64,000 nt of DNA, from NCBI GenBank assembly GCA_963823035.1, contig CAWGKG010000023.1, positions 32,001 through 96,000 of the forward strand, written 5' to 3'. This DNA is from an uncultured Gemmatimonadales bacterium (GTDB lineage: Bacteria; Gemmatimonadota; Gemmatimonadetes; Longimicrobiales; Gaopeijiaceae). The notes beneath the pieces were generated by a model that saw only the letters and a program-made list of their open reading frames with translations, did not search any database and was not told where the DNA came from. Shown here piece by piece: positions 23,172-32,418 of this stretch. Both the position numbers and the translations under genes were made by a program. Positions within the stretch are counted from its first letter, which is position 1; each line of letters begins with the position of its first letter.

Positions 23172-24075
23172 CTTCGACCGCCCTTCGTCGCTCCTGTCGT
23201 AGGCGTGGAAGACGAGGTGATCCACCCGTCGAAGGTGACGACGTCGCAGTGGCCGCCGGCGGCTCACCGCTCGCTGTCGGCGAAGCCGAGCGTGACGAGC
23301 GAGCCGCCGCCATGCGCCATCAGCTCTCCCTCCCGATCGAGGTACGGACCCCGGATGTCCCTCGACCGGCCCACCACGACCTTGTACGTGCTCTCCACGC
23401 CGCGGCAGCACCGGTCCCACGACACGAAGAGGTAGTACCAGCCGTCCCGCCGGAAGATCACGGGCGCTTCGATCGCCCCGTTTCCGGAGGCCCGGTTCGA
23501 CATCGAGGATGCGCCTCGGGTAGAGCGTCTCGTAGTCGAGGTCGGGGTTGGCGGAGTCACCGGCGGTCGATCGCGTTCCACATGTCGCGGCCGGGAACCG
23601 ACCGCACGACGATGCCGTGGTCGACCCACCCGAATCCGGGTGCGGACGGATCGAGCGTGGGACTCGTCGCCACCCCGATCGCCGAGTTGTTGCGCGAAGG
23701 CCGACACCGCGTAGTACAGGTACCAGGTGCCCTCGTGCTCGATGATGTCGGGCGCCCACATCGCGTCGCGGAAGTCGGGCAGCATCCCCTTCACCCACAC
23801 GGGCGTGCTCGCGAAGACCGGGTCGAGCCGCCGCCAGCTCTCCAGGTCGTCGGACGTCCAGGCGTCGATGCCCCGGCCGGTGCCGAAGACGTAGTACCTG
23901 CCCCCTTCGCGGGCCATCACGGGGTCGTGGATCGGTACGTCGGTGACCGGACCCACCGGTGCGGGCCGACCCCGGCCCTGCGCCGAGGCGGAGGCCGCGA
24001 ATGCGGCAAGGACGCCGGCCGTCACGGCCGTCCAATCGCGCGCGACCGCGCCCAGGCGCGCGCGGCGTCCCTCAA
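23100..24075 (-). pseudogene. GH43 endo-arabinanase-like gene with frameshifts and an apparent internal deletion
   Basis: IHDP, WAPDI, WNAID, AIEAP, SWDRCCRG, YKVVVGRS, VFHAYD. The GSFWxG blade is missing at ~23565. Start uncertain. Confidence 0.7.
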
Positions 24076-25163
24076 TCCAGGAACACACGCGGCCAGCCCT
24101 CCCGGTCCCAGACGATCGGTGCTCCCGCGAGGGGCGCGCCCGCGATGGGCCACCCGTTCCAGGTCCAGTACAGCGGACGGATCTGCAGGCTGCGCGGGAT
24201 GGCGAGGGGCGCGTCGGGCGAGGCCGGCCCCTCGGCTACGTTCACGTAGTGGTGGACGATCCAATCGCGCCCGCCGTCGCTGAGGATCGAGTTGTGCCCG
24301 GGCCCGGCGATCATCCCGGTGCCGGCGAGCACGAGCGTGCCTCCGCCCTTCGTGAGGGGAACGCCGTCCCGGTCCACGTAGGGCCCGGTGACCTTCTCGG
24401 CTCGACCGACCCGCACGTTGTAGGTGCTCTCGGCGCCGCGGCAGCACGCGTCGAAGGACACGAAGAGCCAGTAGGCGTCGTCGTGGCGGATGATGTACGG
24501 ACCCTCGATTGCCTGGCTGTCGCGCGGGCCGCGCACCGCATCCACGCCGTCCCGGGCCGCGAGGGAGTACGTGGTCGTGTCCGTGGTCGACACCTTCCCG
24601 GTGGCCGGGTCGATGCGGCGCATCTTGATCCCGCCCCAGAACGACCCCCAGCTCATCCACACGCTCCCGTCTTCGTCGACGATGATGGCGGGATCGATGG
24701 CGTTGAACGGGTCGCCTCGGTTCGACTCGACCACCACGCCTTCGTCCGTCCAGCCGTAGCCCGGGGTGGACGCGTCGAGCGTGGGGCTGGTGGCCAGGGC
24801 GATCACCGAACGCTGCCCACCGAACGTGGACAGCGCGTAGTACAGATGATAGCTGCCGCCGAAGTACGAGATGTCCGGCGCCCACGGGAACTGGGTGCCG
24901 GGCACCTCGCGCTGTGCCCATTCGGGCAGCGCGCCCTCGAACACCGTGCCGACGCGCTCCCACCGCCAGAGGTCGTCCGAACGCCGGATCTCGACCCCCG
25001 GCCCGGTGGAGAACACGTAGTAGTGGCTCCCGTCCCTGATGATCGCGGGATCCGGTACGTCGCGAACGTCCCCGGTCTGCGCTCCGAGGGGGGCAGCGGC
25101 CAGGACGGCGAACAGCCCGACCGGAACGAGGAGGCAACGGGCGCTCCGACGGCTCGCGGTCAT
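24072..25163 (-). CDS. GH43 arabinan endo-1,5-alpha-L-arabinosidase-like
   Basis: Signal peptide; VPDP, WAPDI, NAIDP, WGSFWGGIK, AIEGP, SFDACCRG, GPGHNS. Confidence 0.9.
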   Translation of the reverse strand: MTASRRSARCLLVPVGLFAVLAAAPLGAQTGDVRDVPDPAIIRDGSHYYVFSTGPGVEIRRSDDLWRWERVGTVFEGALPEWAQREVPGTQFPWAPDISYFGGSYHLYYALSTFGGQRSVIALATSPTLDASTPGYGWTDEGVVVESNRGDPFNAIDPAIIVDEDGSVWMSWGSFWGGIKMRRIDPATGKVSTTDTTTYSLAARDGVDAVRGPRDSQAIEGPYIIRHDDAYWLFVSFDACCRGAESTYNVRVGRAEKVTGPYVDRDGVPLTKGGGTLVLAGTGMIAGPGHNSILSDGGRDWIVHHYVNVAEGPASPDAPLAIPRSLQIRPLYWTWNGWPIAGAPLAGAPIVWDREGWPRVFLD

Positions 25164-25180
25164 GCGCAAGAGCCCCCGCC

Positions 25181-26734
25181 TCAGCGCAGCTCGAGGAGGA
25201 CGACGGACTTGGCCGGCAGCTCGACCGTGAGCGTGCTCCCCGAGAGCTTCGCCCCTCCGAACTCCGTCGGGTGCACGGCGTTCGGCTGCTCGAACGTGTT
25301 GTGCGCGGACATCGAGCCCGCCGTCAGCACCTGCCCGGTGACCGTCTTCACGTCGGCGCCGCGCAGCTCGGTTCGCACCGTGCGCGCCTTGTTCGGGTCC
25401 AGGTTCACGAGCGTGACGTGGATCCGCCCCTCCGCGTCGCGCGACGCCGACGCGCTCACCGCGTCGATCGACTGGTCGCCGAAGGCGTACTCGTCGGACT
25501 TCAGCGAGATCGGGAGCGCCGTGGCCCCCTGGTGCACCTTGTACATGTCGAACACGTGATAGGTGGGCGTCAGGACCATCTGATCACCCTGGGTCAGGAT
25601 CATCGCCTGCAGCACGTTCACCGTCTGCGCGAGGTTGGCCATCTTCACGCGGTCCGCATGGTTGTTGAAGATGTTCAGGTGCAGCCCCGCCACGACCGCA
25701 TCGCGCATCGTGTTCTGCTGGTAGAGGAAGCCGGGGTTCGTTCCGGGCTCCACGTCGTGCCACATCCCCCACTCCCCCATGATCAGCCACACCCGCTTGC
25801 GCGGGTCGAACTGGTCCATGATCGCCGAGTGGCGGGTGATGAGCTCCTCCGTCCGCCACGCCTTCTGCATCGCCACGAACCACTCCCGCTCGTCGAAGTC
25901 CGTCGCGGAGCCCTTGTGGTTCCACGGCCCCACGACCGTGTAGTAGTGGAAGTCGATGCCGTCGATCATCCCGCCCGCGTTGCGCATCATCGTCTCGGTC
26001 CACGCGTAGTCGTCCACGTTCGGACCGGTCGCGATGCGGAAGGCGCGGGTGTCGCCGAAGGGGCGCAGGAAGGTCGCGAACCGCTTGTACACGTCCGCGT
26101 AGTGCTCCGGCGTCATGCTGCCGCCGCACCCCCAGCTCTCGTTCCCCACACCCCAGAAGCGCACGTTGTACGGCGCCGGATGCCCGTTCGCGGCCCGCTC
26201 GTCCGCCAGCGTGCTCCCTCCGGGATGGTTCACGTACTCCCACCAGTCGGCCATCTCCTTCACGGTCCCGCTCCCCACGTTCCCCACCACGAACGGGTCC
26301 GCCCCCAGCCGCTCGATCAGCTCCATGTACTCGTGCGTGCCGAAGCTGTTGTCTTCCGTCACCCCGCCCCAGATCGAGTTCACCATCTTCGGGCGCTCGG
26401 CCCGCGGCCCGATCCCGTCACGCCAGTGGTAGTAGTCCGCGAAGCACCCCCCGGGCCAGCGCAGAACCGGGATCTTCACCTCGCGCAGCGCCTGGATCAC
26501 GTCCTCACGCAGGTGCCACTGCCCGGTGCCCGCCTGGGTCCAGAACCCGTCGTAGATGTTGCGCCCCAGGTGCTCCCCGAAGTGCCCGTAGATGTACTTG
26601 CTGATCGTCGCCTCCCCCAGGTCCGCGTTCACCACCAGCCGGACGGGCGCCTGGGCCGCCCCCGTTCGGGGGAGGAGGAGCGTGAGCAGCGTGAGGAGGA
26701 GGAAGAGCGTCGTACCCGGTCGTCGCGGCGTCAT
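25181..26734 (-). CDS. abfA: GH51 alpha-L-arabinofuranosidase
   Basis: Signal peptide; YGHFGEHLG, RWPGGCFAD, FGTHE, GNESWGCGG, GEWG, MANLAQTVNVLQ. Confidence 0.95.
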   Translation of the reverse strand: MTPRRPGTTLFLLLTLLTLLLPRTGAAQAPVRLVVNADLGEATISKYIYGHFGEHLGRNIYDGFWTQAGTGQWHLREDVIQALREVKIPVLRWPGGCFADYYHWRDGIGPRAERPKMVNSIWGGVTEDNSFGTHEYMELIERLGADPFVVGNVGSGTVKEMADWWEYVNHPGGSTLADERAANGHPAPYNVRFWGVGNESWGCGGSMTPEHYADVYKRFATFLRPFGDTRAFRIATGPNVDDYAWTETMMRNAGGMIDGIDFHYYTVVGPWNHKGSATDFDEREWFVAMQKAWRTEELITRHSAIMDQFDPRKRVWLIMGEWGMWHDVEPGTNPGFLYQQNTMRDAVVAGLHLNIFNNHADRVKMANLAQTVNVLQAMILTQGDQMVLTPTYHVFDMYKVHQGATALPISLKSDEYAFGDQSIDAVSASASRDAEGRIHVTLVNLDPNKARTVRTELRGADVKTVTGQVLTAGSMSAHNTFEQPNAVHPTEFGGAKLSGSTLTVELPAKSVVLLELR

Positions 26735-26845
26735 GATGGGCTCCGTTCGGCGTGTCGAGTCGGCCCCTGCGTCCCAGGAGCCTGGTTGAGGATGGCGTGG
26801 TGGGCCCTTCGGGCACCGTGCGCCAAACGCGCCTGTCAACGAATT

Positions 26846-26905
26846 CTGAACTATGAACCGGTTCAGGAGTTCAGTATCGTAGGTCGTCGAGTCGAGGCGC
26901 GTCAA
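26846..26905 (-). promoter_or_regulatory. Promoter of the GH51/GH43 operon with LacI-type operator
   Basis: Minus strand TTGACG (26905-26900), 18 bp spacer, TACGAT (26881-26876). Perfect palindrome TGAACCGGTTCA at 26854-26865, nested inside CTGAACT...AGTTCAG. Confidence 0.75.
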
Positions 26906-26951
26906 GCGTGGGGAACGCTCGCCCCGAGTGTCGCTCGGAGGCCCCTCCGCG

Positions 26952-28022
26952 TCAGGCGACCACCGCCGAGCGACCGTCGCGCGCGGTGGCGAGCGGGGCC
27001 GAAGTGGTCTCGCGCACGACGAGCTCCGCGTGCAGGTACACCTTGCTGGGTGGGCCCGGCTGCGTGTTCTCGATCTCGCGGTGGAGGATCTCCGCAGCCA
27101 TGCGACCCACCTCGTACTTCGGCACACGCACGCTCGTGAGGCGCGACGTCGAAGAGAGGTAGTCGATGAGCTCGAGGTCGTCGTACCCGATCACCGACAC
27201 GTCCTCGGGCACGCGCAGGTGCAGCTCCTCGAGGGCCCGGCAAAGTCCCAGCGCGACCAGGTCGTTGTAGCAGGTCACGGCCGTGGGGCGTTCGGCCGGC
27301 GAGAGCCCGCGGAAGTACTCCAGGCCCGTGCGGTAGCCGTCTTCCAGGCTGTCGCCCGCGCGCACGACCAGGTCCTTCGAGAAGATCAGCTGGGACTCGC
27401 TGTAGGCGCTGCGCACCCCGTCCACCCGCTCCTCGCTGTGGAGGGAGTACTCCGGCCCGGCGAAGTGCACGATGTGCACGTGGCCCAGCTCGATGAGGTG
27501 CTGGGCGGCCGCCTTGGCGCCCTCGATGTTGTCCACGTCGACGAGGTTCGCCTGGATCCCCCGGATCTCCTCGAGCAACACGAAGCGGACGTTGCGCCGC
27601 TTGAGGTCGAAGATGTGCGAGAGGTCCGTCTCGTTGTCGAGCACGGGGGTGAGCAGGATCCCGTCCACGTCCTTGAGGGTGAACAGGTTGATGATCCGCT
27701 GCTCGGCCTTGAAGTCACCGTCGCTCGCCGCGACGAGCATGATGTAGCCGCGCTCGCGCAGGTAGCTCTCCGCCCCCGCGATGATCTCGGCGTAATAGGG
27801 GTTGCCGAGGTCGCGCTGCACGAACCCCACGCTCCGGAGCCCCTCGCTGGCCGCACGCCGACGCGCGGCGGGACGGGGACGATAGTTCAACTGGCGGATC
27901 GCGTCCAGGACCTCGGTCCGCGTGCTCTCCTTCACGGTGCCCTTGTCGTTCAGAACCGCGGAAACGGTCGCCTTGGAAACGCCGGCTAGGTCCGCAACGT
28001 CCTGAATCGTCGGTCGGCCCAC
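26952..28022 (-). CDS. LacI family transcriptional regulator, paralog 1
   Basis: PTIQDVADLAGVSKATVSAVLN HTH; sugar-binding domain; CYNDLVALG, VSVIGYDD. Confidence 0.95.
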   Translation of the reverse strand: MGRPTIQDVADLAGVSKATVSAVLNDKGTVKESTRTEVLDAIRQLNYRPRPAARRRAASEGLRSVGFVQRDLGNPYYAEIIAGAESYLRERGYIMLVAASDGDFKAEQRIINLFTLKDVDGILLTPVLDNETDLSHIFDLKRRNVRFVLLEEIRGIQANLVDVDNIEGAKAAAQHLIELGHVHIVHFAGPEYSLHSEERVDGVRSAYSESQLIFSKDLVVRAGDSLEDGYRTGLEYFRGLSPAERPTAVTCYNDLVALGLCRALEELHLRVPEDVSVIGYDDLELIDYLSSTSRLTSVRVPKYEVGRMAAEILHREIENTQPGPPSKVYLHAELVVRETTSAPLATARDGRSAVVA

Positions 28023-28153
28023 GATGACCTCGCTGTCTGTTTGACACGCCGGTACTCGATCGCCGGCGTCCTTGAAACGGGCTGGAAAAGCGGAGGCGGG
28101 TCTGCCAGAGGAGGGGGGCCCGCACGGTCGCGGCTCTTTGCGTCCGAACCTAT

Positions 28154-28167
28154 CTGAACTTGTTCAG
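28154..28167. promoter_or_regulatory. Candidate LacI-type operator between the lacI paralogs
   Basis: CTGAAC-TT-GTTCAG palindrome overlapping the stop codon of paralog 2, upstream of paralog 1. Confidence 0.55.
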
Positions 28168-29207
28168 AGTTGCAATGGCGCAGGTGCGCAGGTCGAGTCC
28201 CGTACGATCAACTCCACCTCCAAGAGTACCTTGCTGGGCCCAAGAGGCTCGCGGGACTCGATGTGGCGGATCAGAAGCTCGGTGGCCAGATCGGCCATGT
28301 CCCGCTTGGGAACGTGGATGGTGGTCAGCCCGAGCGGGAGGTACGCCAGGAGGTCCAGGTCGTCGTGACCCACCACCGACACGTCCTCCGGTACCCGCAG
28401 GCCGAGCTCGCGCAGCGCCCGCATCAACCCGATCGCCACCAGATCGTTGAAACAGACCACCGCGGTCGCCCGTTCCTCGGCGGACATGGAGCCGAAGTAC
28501 TCCTTCCCCGTCCGGTAGCCGTCCTCGAGGCGGGCGCCGCACGTGAGCAGCAGCTCGTCCCGGAAGATCAGGCTGGACTCGCTGAAGGCGCGTCGGAGTC
28601 CGGCCGCGCGCTGCTCGGAGTGGATCGAGTATCGCGGACCGGCGAAGTGGGCGATGCGCGTGTGCCCCAGGTCGATGAGGTACTTCGCGGCCCGTCGCGT
28701 CGCGTCCACGTTGTCGATGTCCACGAGGCTCGCGCGAACGCCCCGGATCTCCTCCAGGAGGACGAGCGGGACGTTGCGCCGCTTCATCTCGAACAGGGGC
28801 GACAGATCCGCATCCTTGTCGAAGACGGGGTTCACCAGCATCCCGTCCACGTCCTTGGCGCGCAGCGCCTCGAAGATCCTCCGCTCGGCCTCGTACTCAC
28901 CCTCCGAGCTCGCCACCAGGAGGGTGTAGCCCTTCTCCGCCGCCCGTTGGCGCGCGCTGGTGATGATCTCCGTGTAGAAAGGGTTGTGCGCTTCCTTGAT
29001 GAGCAACCCTATGCACTTCGCCCGGCTCGTTCCCGCGCGCCTCGCGAACGCGCTCGGTCGGTAGTTCAAGCGCTCGATCACGCCGAGAACGCGATCGCGC
29101 GTGGCCGGATTCACGGTGCCCTTGTCGTTGAGTACGGCCGACACCGTAGCCTTGGAAACGCCCGCCTCACGCGCCACATCGGTGATGGTCGGTCGGTTGT
29201 GGACCAT
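28164..29207 (-). CDS. LacI family transcriptional regulator, paralog 2
   Basis: PTITDVAREAGVSKATVSAVLN; CFNDLVAIG; VSVVGHDD. ATG at 29207. Confidence 0.95.
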   Translation of the reverse strand: MVHNRPTITDVAREAGVSKATVSAVLNDKGTVNPATRDRVLGVIERLNYRPSAFARRAGTSRAKCIGLLIKEAHNPFYTEIITSARQRAAEKGYTLLVASSEGEYEAERRIFEALRAKDVDGMLVNPVFDKDADLSPLFEMKRRNVPLVLLEEIRGVRASLVDIDNVDATRRAAKYLIDLGHTRIAHFAGPRYSIHSEQRAAGLRRAFSESSLIFRDELLLTCGARLEDGYRTGKEYFGSMSAEERATAVVCFNDLVAIGLMRALRELGLRVPEDVSVVGHDDLDLLAYLPLGLTTIHVPKRDMADLATELLIRHIESREPLGPSKVLLEVELIVRDSTCAPAPLQL

Positions 29208-29264
29208 GCGCTCTTCGCCGGACTCCGGCCTCTTCAAAAGCGGTACAGGATATTTCAAGTTCTC

Positions 29265-29366
29265 TTGAACAGGTTCAACACTGCCCGGTTGCGCGCGCGC
29301 GCGCAAGCCGTACCGTTGACTCGCCGTCGGGGCCAACCTACACTGCCCGGGCCTCGAAACGGTTCA
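29265..29366 (+). promoter_or_regulatory. Promoter of the galM-SSS-pentose operon flanked by two operator-like sites
   Basis: TTGACT (29316-29321), 17 bp spacer, TACACT (29339-29344). TTGAACAGGTTCAA at 29265-29278 and CGAAACGGTTCA at 29355-29366. Confidence 0.75.
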
Positions 29367-29456
29367 GGTAGGTTCGAGGGTTCTTGACCCGCCTGCGGGC
29401 CACCACCACGTGGCGCGGACGGAGTCCTTTACGTGAGAACGCGGGAGTCGACGGGG

Positions 29457-30608
29457 ATGAATGCGAATCGAGCCATCGTCTCGGGAATCGGGATCTTGAG
29501 CCTGGCGATCATCGGGGGCTGCGCCCGCGAATCGTCCGTCGCGGAGACCGGCGTCCAGCGGGCTCCGTACGGCACCACGGACGCGGGGCAGCAGGTCGAG
29601 CAGTTCACCTTCAGCAACGCGCACGGGATCACCGTGAAGGCGATCACCTACGGCGGGATCATCACCTCGCTGGAGACGCCCGACCGGAACGGGCAGATGG
29701 CCGACATCGTGCTCGGCTTCGACTCCCTCCCGCCCTACCAGACGCAGAGCCCGTACTTCGGCGCGATCATCGGTCGCTACGGCAACCGCATCGCGCACGG
29801 CAGCTTCACGATCGACGGGCAGTCCTACCAGCTCCCCACCAACGACGGGCCCAACAGCCTCCACGGCGGTGACAAGGGCTTCGACAAGGTCGTGTGGAAC
29901 GCCGAGCCCTTCGAGCACGAGACGGACCGCGGGGTGGTGTTCACCTACACGAGCCCGGACGGCGACATGGGGTATCCCGGCACCCTGCAGGCGACGGTCA
30001 CGTACACGCTGACCGACGACGACGAGCTGATCTTCGACTACCACGCCACGACCGACAAAGCCACGCCGGTCAACCTGACGCAGCACAGCTATTTCAACCT
30101 ATCGGGAGCGGGCAACGGGAACATCCTCGGTGAGGAGCTGATGCTCCCGGCCTCCGCCTTCACGCCGGTCGACGCGACGCTCATCCCCACCGGCGAGATC
30201 CGCCCCGTCGAGGGCACCCCGTTCGACTTCCGGACGCCGACGGCGATCGGCGCGCGCATCGACGCCGACAACGAGCAGATCGCGCGCGGGCCGGGGTACG
30301 ACCACAACTTCGTGCTCGACCGCACGGGCGACGGACTCGAGCTCGCGGCACGCGTGACCGATCCGGCGAGCGGCCGCACCCTGGAGATCCGCACGACCGA
30401 GCCCGGCATCCAGTTCTACTCGGGCAACTTCCTCGACGGCACCATCACAGGGAAGGGCGGCAAGGTCTACCAGCGGCGGAGTGGCTTCTGCCTCGAGACC
30501 CAGCACTTCCCCGACTCTCCCAACGAACCGTCCTTCCCTTCGACGATCCTGCGGCCCGGCGACGAATACCGGAGCCGCACTGTGTTGGCATTCGGCGTGG
30601 CGGGCTGA
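29457..30608 (+). CDS. galM: Aldose 1-epimerase, predicted lipoprotein
   Basis: Signal ending [55 protein letters not shown]. Confidence 0.94.
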   Translation: MNANRAIVSGIGILSLAIIGGCARESSVAETGVQRAPYGTTDAGQQVEQFTFSNAHGITVKAITYGGIITSLETPDRNGQMADIVLGFDSLPPYQTQSPYFGAIIGRYGNRIAHGSFTIDGQSYQLPTNDGPNSLHGGDKGFDKVVWNAEPFEHETDRGVVFTYTSPDGDMGYPGTLQATVTYTLTDDDELIFDYHATTDKATPVNLTQHSYFNLSGAGNGNILGEELMLPASAFTPVDATLIPTGEIRPVEGTPFDFRTPTAIGARIDADNEQIARGPGYDHNFVLDRTGDGLELAARVTDPASGRTLEIRTTEPGIQFYSGNFLDGTITGKGGKVYQRRSGFCLETQHFPDSPNEPSFPSTILRPGDEYRSRTVLAFGVAG

Positions 30609-30635
30609 TCCCGTTCCACGAAAGGACAACCAACC

Positions 30636-32396
30636 ATGGGTGTGCTGGACTGGTCGATCATCGTCGCGTACCTGGGCGTGGTGTTGGGCGTCGCCTTCTG
30701 GGTCTTCCTCAAGCGCAAGGACACACCCGACGACTACTTCCTCGCCGACCGCAACCTCGGCTGGCTGATCGTCGGTGCGTCGATCTTCGCCTCGAACATC
30801 GGGTCCGAGCACCTGGTCGGCCTGGCCGGCTCCGGCGCGACGGACGGGGTGGCGCTCGCGCACTACGAGCTCCACGCCTGGTGCCTGCTCGTGCTGGGGT
30901 GGGTGTTCGTGCCGTTCTACATGCGCTCGCGCGTCTACACGATGCCCGAGTTCCTGGAGAGGCGCTTTTCACCGGCCGCGCGCTGGGTGCTTTCGCTCAT
31001 CTCGCTGGTCGGCTACGTGCTGACGAAGATCGCGGTCGGGATCTTCGCGGGCGGCATCGTCTTCGCGACGCTCCTCCCCGAAGTGCACCTGACGATCGGC
31101 TCGACCGTGCTGAACAGCTTCTGGGTCGGCTCGATCGCGGTGATCCTCATGACCGGCCTGTACACGGTGGCGGGCGGGATGCGCGCGGTGGCGTACACCG
31201 AGGCGCTGCAGACGGTGATCCTCGTGATCGGCTCGGCGCTGCTCACCTGGTTCGGGCTGAGGGCGCTGGGTGGTTGGGGCGGCCTGCGCGCCGCGCTCGA
31301 CCCCGACATGTTCAACCTGTGGAAGCCGCTCATCCCGAAGGGGATGGAGGGCACGTGGGCGCCGGTCATCGAGCCGACCCGCATCGCGTGGTACTTCAAC
31401 GGGCACTACCCGTGGATCGGGATGCTCTTCTGCGCGCCGATCATCGGCCTGTGGTACTGGACCACCGACCAGTACATCGTGCAGCGCGCGCTCGGTGCGA
31501 GGAACGAGACGGAGGCGCGGCGCGGCAGCATCTTCGCAGGCACGCTCAAGATCCTGCCGGTCTTCATCTTCATCATCCCGGGGATGATCGCCCTCGCGCT
31601 CGCCCGCACGGGCAACTACGAGGGTCTGGCCCAGATCGTGGACGCGAGCGGCAACGTCGTCCGCGAAAACGCCCAGGGCGCCTTCCCGCTCCTGGTGATG
31701 AGCATCCTCCCGACGGGCGTGCGCGGCATCGTGGTCGCCGGCCTGCTCGCCGCGCTCATGAGCTCGCTCGCGGGAGTCTTCAACGCCTCGTCCACGCTCT
31801 TCACGATGGATCTGTACACGAAGTTCCGCCCTGAGGCCTCCAAGCATCAGCTCGTGTGGACCGGCCGGATGGCGACCGCCGTCATGGTGTTGATCGGCCT
31901 CCTGTGGATCCCGGTCATCCAGGGTGCACGAGGGCTGTACGAGTACCTGCAGGGCGTCCAGAGCTACCTGGCCCCGCCGATCTTCGCGGTCTTCTTCCTC
32001 GGCGTGTTCATGAAGCGCCTGAACGCGAAGGGATGCCTGGCGGCGCTGCTGACGGGCTTCGCCCTGGGCGTGTTCCGCCTGGCCGTGGATACGCCCGTGA
32101 GCCTCGGGATGGGCGGGTTCACGGGGTACGCCGAGGGCTCGTTCCTCTGGATCGTGAACAACATCTACTTCCAGTACTACAGCCTCTTCATCTTCATCGT
32201 CTCGGTGGTCGCGATGATCGGCGTCAGCTACGCGACCGAGCAGCCGGTCTACGAGCGGATCTCGGGCCTCACGTACGCGACGGTCACCGACGAGCACCGC
32301 GCCGAGTCGCGGAAGAGCTGGGACAAGAGGGACGTGTTCTTCTCCGGACTCGTGCTGGTCTTGATCGCGATGGCGTACCTGTACTTCCGCGGATGA
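30636..32396 (+). CDS. Sodium:solute (sugar) symporter, SSS family
   Basis: DYFLA, SIFASNIGSEHLVGLAG, TMPEFLERRF, WYWTTDQYIVQRAL, AALMSSL. Confidence 0.95.
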   Translation: MGVLDWSIIVAYLGVVLGVAFWVFLKRKDTPDDYFLADRNLGWLIVGASIFASNIGSEHLVGLAGSGATDGVALAHYELHAWCLLVLGWVFVPFYMRSRVYTMPEFLERRFSPAARWVLSLISLVGYVLTKIAVGIFAGGIVFATLLPEVHLTIGSTVLNSFWVGSIAVILMTGLYTVAGGMRAVAYTEALQTVILVIGSALLTWFGLRALGGWGGLRAALDPDMFNLWKPLIPKGMEGTWAPVIEPTRIAWYFNGHYPWIGMLFCAPIIGLWYWTTDQYIVQRALGARNETEARRGSIFAGTLKILPVFIFIIPGMIALALARTGNYEGLAQIVDASGNVVRENAQGAFPLLVMSILPTGVRGIVVAGLLAALMSSLAGVFNASSTLFTMDLYTKFRPEASKHQLVWTGRMATAVMVLIGLLWIPVIQGARGLYEYLQGVQSYLAPPIFAVFFLGVFMKRLNAKGCLAALLTGFALGVFRLAVDTPVSLGMGGFTGYAEGSFLWIVNNIYFQYYSLFIFIVSVVAMIGVSYATEQPVYERISGLTYATVTDEHRAESRKSWDKRDVFFSGLVLVLIAMAYLYFRG

Positions 32397-32418
32397 TGAA
32401 CAAGGGGGACCGGACGCC

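Noticed and set aside
29289..29306. (GC)n run TTGCGCGCGCGCGCGCAA as a special element
   Set aside because: It is a palindromic dinucleotide run in a promoter region, but low-complexity, and I have no supporting evidence of function.
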